Positions 58,452 through 64,000 of a stretch of 64,000 nucleotides of DNA are shown here, piece after piece (positions within the stretch are counted from its first letter, which is position 1; every line of letters begins with the position of its first letter). The DNA comes from an uncultured Pseudomonadota bacterium. Its GTDB lineage: Bacteria > Pseudomonadota > Gammaproteobacteria > Natronospirales > REEB76. The notes beneath the pieces were generated by a model. It searched no databases. It was not told the origin of the DNA and saw only the letters and a program-made list of their open reading frames with translations. Made by a program: the position numbers and the translations under genes. The DNA is taken from contig CAWFOE010000019.1 in the NCBI GenBank assembly GCA_963817285.1, positions 3,693-67,692 of the forward strand. Direction: 5' to 3'.

Positions 58452-59117
58452 ATGCGCATCCTCCTGATCGAAGACGACCCGATGATAGGTGCCAGCCTCA
58501 CCAAGGCCCTGGAGGAATCCGGCTATTCCGTGGACTGGGTGCAAGACGGATCAGCGGGACAGGAAGCCCTGAGCCTGGGTGGATACATCGCGGTGCTGCT
58601 GGACCTCGGCCTTCCGCGCCGTTCCGGCCACGAGATATTGCAGACCGCACGGGGCAGAGGTGACCACACCCCCATCCTGATCCTCACTGCCCGGGATGGA
58701 GTGGAAGACCGGGTCGCAGGCCTCGACCTCGGTGCCGACGACTACATCGTGAAACCCTTCGAGTTCCGCGAACTCCTCGCCCGCCTGCGCGCCGTCGTGC
58801 GGCGCCGTGACGGCCATGCCCAATCGTTGATCGGCGACGGTGAGTTGCAGCTCGACCTCACCACCCGCGAAGCGCTTCTCCGCGGCGTGCGTGAGCCGCT
58901 CTCGGCTCGGGAGTTCGCCCTGTTGCATGCCCTCCTGGAGCGCCCCGGTGCCATCCTCTCGCGTGAACAACTGGAGGAGCGCATCTACGGCTGGGATCAG
59001 GGCGTGAGCAGCAACGCGGTGGAAGTGATCATCCATGGCCTACGCAAACGCTTGGGCAGTGAGGCCATCCGCAACGTCCGCGGGCTAGGCTGGCAGGTAC
59101 CGAAGGAGGCCCCCTGA
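58452..59117 (+). CDS. OmpR/PhoB-family response regulator (QseB/PmrA-like)
   Basis: 221 aa with the receiver MRILLIEDDPMIG...VLLDLGLP...PILILTARD and a winged-helix C-terminus (SNAVEVIIHGLRKRLG). Confidence 0.85.
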   Translation: MRILLIEDDPMIGASLTKALEESGYSVDWVQDGSAGQEALSLGGYIAVLLDLGLPRRSGHEILQTARGRGDHTPILILTARDGVEDRVAGLDLGADDYIVKPFEFRELLARLRAVVRRRDGHAQSLIGDGELQLDLTTREALLRGVREPLSAREFALLHALLERPGAILSREQLEERIYGWDQGVSSNAVEVIIHGLRKRLGSEAIRNVRGLGWQVPKEAP

Positions 59118-60413
59118 ACTCCCTCAGATGGAAACTCCTGGCCTGGCTGCTGCCGTGTCTATCTGCTGTCTGCGACGCTGGCCGTCGGGATCAGCTATCT
59201 GCAGTACCAGACTAGCGTCAGTGCATCCATGGACGGCCAGATGCATAGTCTCGCACTCAGCTACATGCACCAGTCCACAGCTACCTGCCCTGCGCCCGAC
59301 TGGATAAGGAGCACGTGGAACACGATGGCACCTCCATCGTCCAGTTCTGGAGCGGCGATGGACACCTGCTGTCGGGCTCCTGGCCGATAGCCGGTCTCGC
59401 CCTGCAGACAGAAGAAGGCTTCAGTACTCTCGATCGACGGACATGCCTGGCGTGTGTACACCGCACCCTCAGCTCCGCTCCGAGTGCAGGTGGTACAGAG
59501 CGGAGATTTCCGGCGACACGTGATCTTCGACTCAGCCCTGCGCGCGGCCGAACCCGTGGCGCTCCTCTTCCCGATCACCCTCGCCCTGCTCTGGCTCGCA
59601 GTGTTCCTGGCGTTGCGGCCGATGGACCGGCTGGTGCAGGCCATCGCCAGTCAGGATGAGCGCAGTCTCGCGGCATTACCCCTGGACAAGGTGCCCACCG
59701 AACTGAGGCCTCTCGTCGTATCCATGAACGCCTTGCTCGCGCGCCTGAAGGAAGCCTTCGCCGCCCAACAGCGCTTCGTACAGGACGCGGCCCACGAACT
59801 GCGTACTCCGCTCACCGCCTTGAAGCTGCAGACAGAAGTGCTGCGGCAGAAGCTTGGCGGTTCGGCAGAGGAAGAAGTGGCGCGGCTGGAAGCCGGTATG
59901 GAGCGGATGCAGCGTCTGGTAGAACAGTTGCTGAAGCTCGCACGCCAGGAAGCGGTGGCCCCCGGTGCTCGAGCGGAAGTGGATATCAGGGACGTGCTTA
60001 AGGAGTCCGTCAGCGATCTCCTGCCCCTCGCTGAGACGCGCAGGATCGATCTCGGCCTGACGGCGGTGGAACCTGCACGAATGCACGCCGATGCCGGCGA
60101 GCTACGCAGCGTGTTCGACAATCTGCTGGATAACGCCCTGCGCTACACGCCAGCCGGCGGTCGAGTGGACGTCAGCCTGCACCGGGTCGATGGCGACGTG
60201 CTGGTGGAGTTCACCGATTCGGGTCCCGGCATCCCGCCGGAGCTGCTGGATCGGGTCTTCGAACGTTTCTATCGGGTGCTCGGTAGCGGCACTCAGGGTA
60301 GCGGCCTAGGGCTCGCCATCGCCCGCACCGCAGCCGGCCGCAGCGGCATGCATATCGAACTCCTGAACCGCGGCTCGCAAACCGGACTCGTAGCCCGGGT
60401 ACGTTTCACCTAA
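59114..60413 (+). pseudogene. sensor histidine kinase (QseC/PmrB-like) with at least 3 frame disruptions in the sensor/TM region (59150-59460)
   Basis: The intact HAMP-DHp-CA part is in ORF 59454..60413 (H-box FVQDAAHELRTPLTAL, N-box DNLLDNALRYTP, G-boxes DSGPGI and GSGLGLAI). N-terminal pieces are spread over three frames (LNSLRWKLLAWLLP / VYLLSATLAVGISYLQYQ / EHDGTSIVQFWSGDGHLL). Confidence 0.75.
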
Positions 60414-60473
60414 GTCCCACCTAAGTCTCGCCTGCTAGCCTTTCGCCGGTTCAACCGGAGCAGGTGTTTTCAC

Positions 60474-61471
60474 ATGCGGATCCCGGTCATCGCCCTGACC
60501 TTGACCTCAGCCCTGGTTGCCGCGACACCCGCTGTGGCGGAGACCATCGAAGGCTATATCCCCGGCGCAGACTCAGTCCGCATCCACTTCCTGCAGGCGG
60601 GTGCCGCGGATGCCCGCCATACGCTGCTGCTCATCCCAGGCTGGCAGATCAGCGCCTCCATCTGGTCGACACAGCTGGATCATTTTTCCGCGCATGGCTA
60701 TCGGGTCATCGCCATGGATCCCCGCTCCCAAGGCGGGTCTACCGTGGTGCAGTCCGGTAACGCGCCGGAAGACCGGGCCCGTGATGTCCACGCGGTGATA
60801 GAGGGCTCAAACTCGAGCACCTCACGCTCGTGGGCTGGTCCCAGGGCGTCCAGGACGTGGCCGCCTACGTGGACCACTACGGCACCGCCGCTCTGGACGC
60901 GCTGGCGCTGGTAGACGCATCTGTGAGCGACGGTCCCAGCGGATGTGAAAGAGAATCCGGTTTTCGTGCAGACCATCCTGCGAAACATGGCCATGTACTC
61001 CAGCGATCCACGTGCATATTCCGGTGGCATCATGCATGCCATCATCACCGCCCCGGCTGCGACTGACGACCTTTACGCAGTTGAAAGACGAATCCATGAA
61101 GACGCCATCGGATATGGGCATCTCGATGCACATCCAGGATCTGTTCACCATCGACCGGCGCCCGGCCCTCAAGAAGTTCGACAAACCCACTCTCGTGATC
61201 GCGTCCGCAGCGAGCCCGTTGCTGGACGCGCAACAGCATGGCCGCGGCCCTGCCCCAGGGCCAATTCGTCGCCGTCGAACATGCCGCCCATGCGGTGTTC
61301 TTCGATCAACCGGCGGTATTCGATCGCCTTTTGGAAGCCTTCATGACCGGTAGCGCGCTCCGCGGCTGCTCTGTGACGGCCCAGCACACGACCGAAATAC
61401 GACCCATCACCCGGTGCTGCATGCGGCACTCGCCACCGGGGTCATCCTCGAACTGCTGCTGCAGGCGGTGA
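60474..61471 (+). pseudogene. secreted alpha/beta hydrolase, multiply frameshifted
   Basis: Signal peptide MRIPVIALTLTSALVAATPAVA. HTLLLIPGW...YRVIAMDPRSQGGS is in ORF 60474..60914. The nucleophile elbow VGWSQG is in ORF 60830..61066. Later pieces are in ORFs 60945.., 61012.. and 61238..61471 (VAVEHAAHAVFFDQP). Confidence 0.65.
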
Positions 61472-61499
61472 TGCGTGTGCCCGCGGGAGTGGGTAGGGT

Positions 61500-61950
61500 G
61501 TGGACGATTGGCACCGGCAGGCCTTCGAACTCCACGCCCACTTCGGCCCTACTGTGGCGGTGATATGCGTCCTGCATTGGCTGTGGATCTGCCTACCTTG
61601 GTCCCGCCCCGGCGTCTGTTATCTCTTTCCCTGGTTTCGGCCCGATCTAGCCCCGTCCTTCCGTGAGCTGGCTGCGTCTGTTGCGATTTAATTCCCCCAC
61701 GCGACAGAGTCTCAGCCCACTCGTGGGCACCGTGCATGGCCTCGGTCTCCTCGCTGTCACCGGCAGTGTCGTCGGCGGGACCGTGAGCTATCTCGGCTAT
61801 TACGTGGGTGTGCCCATCTCCCGAGAGGTGCTGCACATGGCGGCCCTGGAACTCATCGTCACCAGCTGGTTCGTCTGGCCCTTCGTCATCGGTCACGTGT
61901 CCATGGCTCTATGGCATCGGTGGCGCGGGGTCTCGGGAATCTCGCGGTGA
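61500..61950 (+). pseudogene. possible cytochrome b561-like membrane protein remnant, frame-disrupted
   Basis: Two adjacent ORFs (61500..61691 and 61663..61950) have His-containing hydrophobic helices (VICVLHWLWI and FVIGHVSMALWHRW). The assignment is weak. Confidence 0.3.
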
Positions 61951-61963
61951 ATTCATAGTCTGC

Positions 61964-63354
61964 CTAGTGTCGCTCCGCGATATGCAGCACGTAATCCAGC
62001 GCCGTGTCCCGCCCAGCGGCATAGTCGCTGAACTTCCAGGGCACGGTCACATCCGGCGCAAGCTTGCCGGCGGGCACGCTGTACAACACGTTCGGCCAGA
62101 AACAGCGGCTCGAGGAATGGCAGCCATGCTCCCAATCGTGATAGCCGGTCCGGAAGGCCATCCATAGCTGCGAATTGGGCAGCACGAAGTGCGAGCCCTC
62201 TGCCCAGAACTCCTCTCGGTCGCCCGCATGCTCGCCGACGATGACCGCTCGCTTGCCGCCGAAATAGCGCAGCCACGCCAGGGTGACGATGGCCGCGGAG
62301 AAGGTGCGGTTATCGGTCAGCACGTAGAGCTTGCCGTCATCCTTGATGTAGTCCGGGATCTTGCGGGCGAAGTGATAGGCCTTGAGGTAGTTGCCGCCGC
62401 CGTCCAGGCGTAGATCCACCACCGCGTAGTCCAAGGACATGGGCTTGAGCCCGTCCAATATTTTCTGTAGCTGGTCCGGTAGCGGCCCGTTCTGGTCGTC
62501 ATCGATGGACCAAAGGTGTACATAGAGACCGCGCCCACCGTCCAGGCTCTGCCAGAAGAGGCTACCATCGGCGTTCTGCAACACCCACGGCTGATGCGCG
62601 TCGTCGTGCAAGACCGTGAGCGTGGCTGCATCATGAGTGATCAGAGCCGGCGCCATCTCGCGTTCCGGCCAGACGTCCGGAGTGTTCGCGTCTGGCGGCA
62701 GCGCGGAGACCTCCACATGGGAGGCGCGGCCATCCGCTGCCACGATATCCAGCACCAGGCGGTCTCGCGGCAAGGAAACATCGGTAGCGTGCAGGGCATC
62801 CGGCGACTCCAGCATGAACGGGCTGTCGGCCTTCATGTGTTCGAAGTTGCCGCCGTAGTAGGGCTTGAGCCGTGCCAGCAGGTCATCGGCAGCTATGCCG
62901 TCGATACGCGCCACTCGTTCGCCCAAGAAGGCCGCCTGCTTGGGTCGGTGCGTACCACGAATAGGCCTTCCGCGAACCAGCCGAAGCGCAGGGGCACCCG
63001 GTCCATCAGCGCTGCCCGGTCAGGCGGGCGCACGTTGGTATGGCCGTTGTCCGCCAAGGCCACGAGGCGCGAGACATCCATGGCGAACTGCGGCGTGTCG
63101 AGATCCCCCGCATGCTTTTCCAGATCCGCGATTCCCGCCAGGAACTGTGCTCGGCTGGCCGCCGTGAAGCTGCCGTCCAGAGACGGCAACTTGCTCAGGT
63201 AATCCAGATCCTGATGCCGGGCCTCGGCGAGAGACGTGGGCGCAGGATACGTATAGGCAGGTGCCGGGTAGTAGAACTTCCGCACCAGCAGCATGAAGAA
63301 CAATGGTTTGGCCGACACCGCCAGGATAGCGATCACGGCCAAGGGCGTGACCAC
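61964..63354 (-). pseudogene. S41-family (tail-specific protease-like) peptidase, 1-nt deletion in a C-run near 62942-62944
   Basis: The N-terminal 140 aa are in ORF 62893..63354 (TM anchor MVTPLAVIAILAV...). The rest is in ORF 61964..62926. S41 hallmarks are VVDLRLDGGGNYL and VLTDNRTFSAAIV. Adding one C to accgaCCCaag joins ...VVRTDP to KQAAFLGERVARIDG. Confidence 0.65.
62690..63312. repeat. left arm of a large inverted duplication (partner 63385-64000)
   Basis: The reverse complement of this segment aligns by eye with 63385-64000 over the whole length, with short diverged patches. The arms are separated by a 72-nt spacer (63313-63384). Confidence 0.8.
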
Positions 63355-63384
63355 GTAGAGCAGGATGCGCCGCAGGCGCGATGA

Positions 63385-64000
63385 GCCAAACCATTGTTCT
63401 TCATGCTGCTGGTGCGGAAGTTCTACTACCCGGCACCTGCCTATACGTATCCTGCGCCCACCGACTGCTCTCGCCGAGGCCCGGCATCAGGATCTGGATT
63501 ACCTGAGCAAGTTGCCGTCTCTGGACGGCAGCTTCCGCGGCCACCAGCCGAGCACAGTTCCTGGCGGGAATCGCGGATCTGGAAAAGCATGCGGGGGATC
63601 TCGACACGCCGCAGTTCGCCATGGATGTCTCGCGCCTCGTGGCCTTGGCGGACAACGGCCATACCAACGTGCGCCCGCCTGACCGGGCAGCGCTGATGGA
63701 CCGGGTGCCCCTGCGCTTCGGCTGGTACCACCGGAAGGCCTATCGGACGCACCGACCCCTCGCGCGGGTTTCTTGGGCGAACGAGTGGCGCTCTTCGACG
63801 GCATAGCTGCCGATGACTTCACTTTTCGAGCCTTACTACAGCACGTTTCGAACACATGAAGGCCCACAGCCCCTTCATGCTGGAGTCGCCTGATGCCCTG
63901 CATGCTCCCGATGTTTCCCTTCACGGGGACCACCTGGTGCTGGATATCGTGGCAGCGGATGGCCGCGCCTCCCATGTGGAGGTCTATCGCCGGACGCAAC
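63385..64000 (+). pseudogene. inverted, 5'-truncated and frame-disrupted copy of the S41-peptidase-like gene; runs off the right edge
   Basis: It encodes KPLFFMLLVRKFYYPAPAYTYPAPT, identical to residues 16-40 of the minus-strand gene, with a TGA immediately upstream. Matching peptides then follow in shifting frames (LAEARHQDLDYLSKLPSLDGSF; MDVSRLVALADNGHTNVRPPDRAALMDRVPLRFGW). Confidence 0.65.

Noticed and set aside
1-64000. CRISPR arrays, tRNA/rRNA genes, integrases and transposases
   Set aside because: Reading the intergenic regions showed no regularly spaced short direct repeats, no cloverleaf-like or rRNA-like segments, and no recombinase-like ORFs. A tRNAscan/Infernal/ISfinder run would be needed to confirm their absence.

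Overview
GC-rich proteobacterial chromosome segment, apparently gamma- or beta-proteobacterial (inferred from gene content; no taxon claimed). The backbone is housekeeping: gph and rpe, djlA, purC, srkA, waaF-hldD plus a GT2 glycosyltransferase, glnE, rlmL and a DAP-decarboxylase-like gene. Accessory blocks interrupt it. (1) An AT-rich island at about 10.0-14.4 kb carries a Gabija-like defence pair, an OLD-family ATPase/Toprim nuclease and a UvrD-like helicase with an ATGA stop/start overlap. It also carries an uncharacterised upstream ORF with an R-N-x3-H (HEPN-like) motif. (2) Next to it, five same-strand envelope genes (14.4-18.3 kb) encode three paralogous lipoproteins that fuse Sel1 repeats to a TonB C-terminal-like domain, an 8-stranded-type OM beta-barrel and a proline-rich lipoprotein. 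This is my best candidate for an undescribed system. (3) A four-gene mdtABC-type RND efflux operon with a NodT-type outer membrane factor is heavily frame-disrupted. (4) A Fur-box-preceded pair encodes an OM protein and a di-haem cytochrome c peroxidase lipoprotein. (5) Two paralogous ~570-aa polytopic membrane proteins share an upstream DNA motif and flank a padR-MFS operon. (6) The window ends in a large head-to-head inverted duplication of the 5' part of an S41-peptidase-like gene. Many genes carry clustered frameshifts (rpe, mdtB, mdtC, the OMF, an ornithine-cyclodeaminase-like gene, an EamA transporter, a MocR regulator, a sensor kinase, an alpha/beta hydrolase and the S41 peptidase), while long neighbours such as glnE are intact. 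I found no rRNA, tRNA, CRISPR array, integrase or transposase. The ORF track uses alternative start codons, and many long antisense ORFs are GC artefacts.
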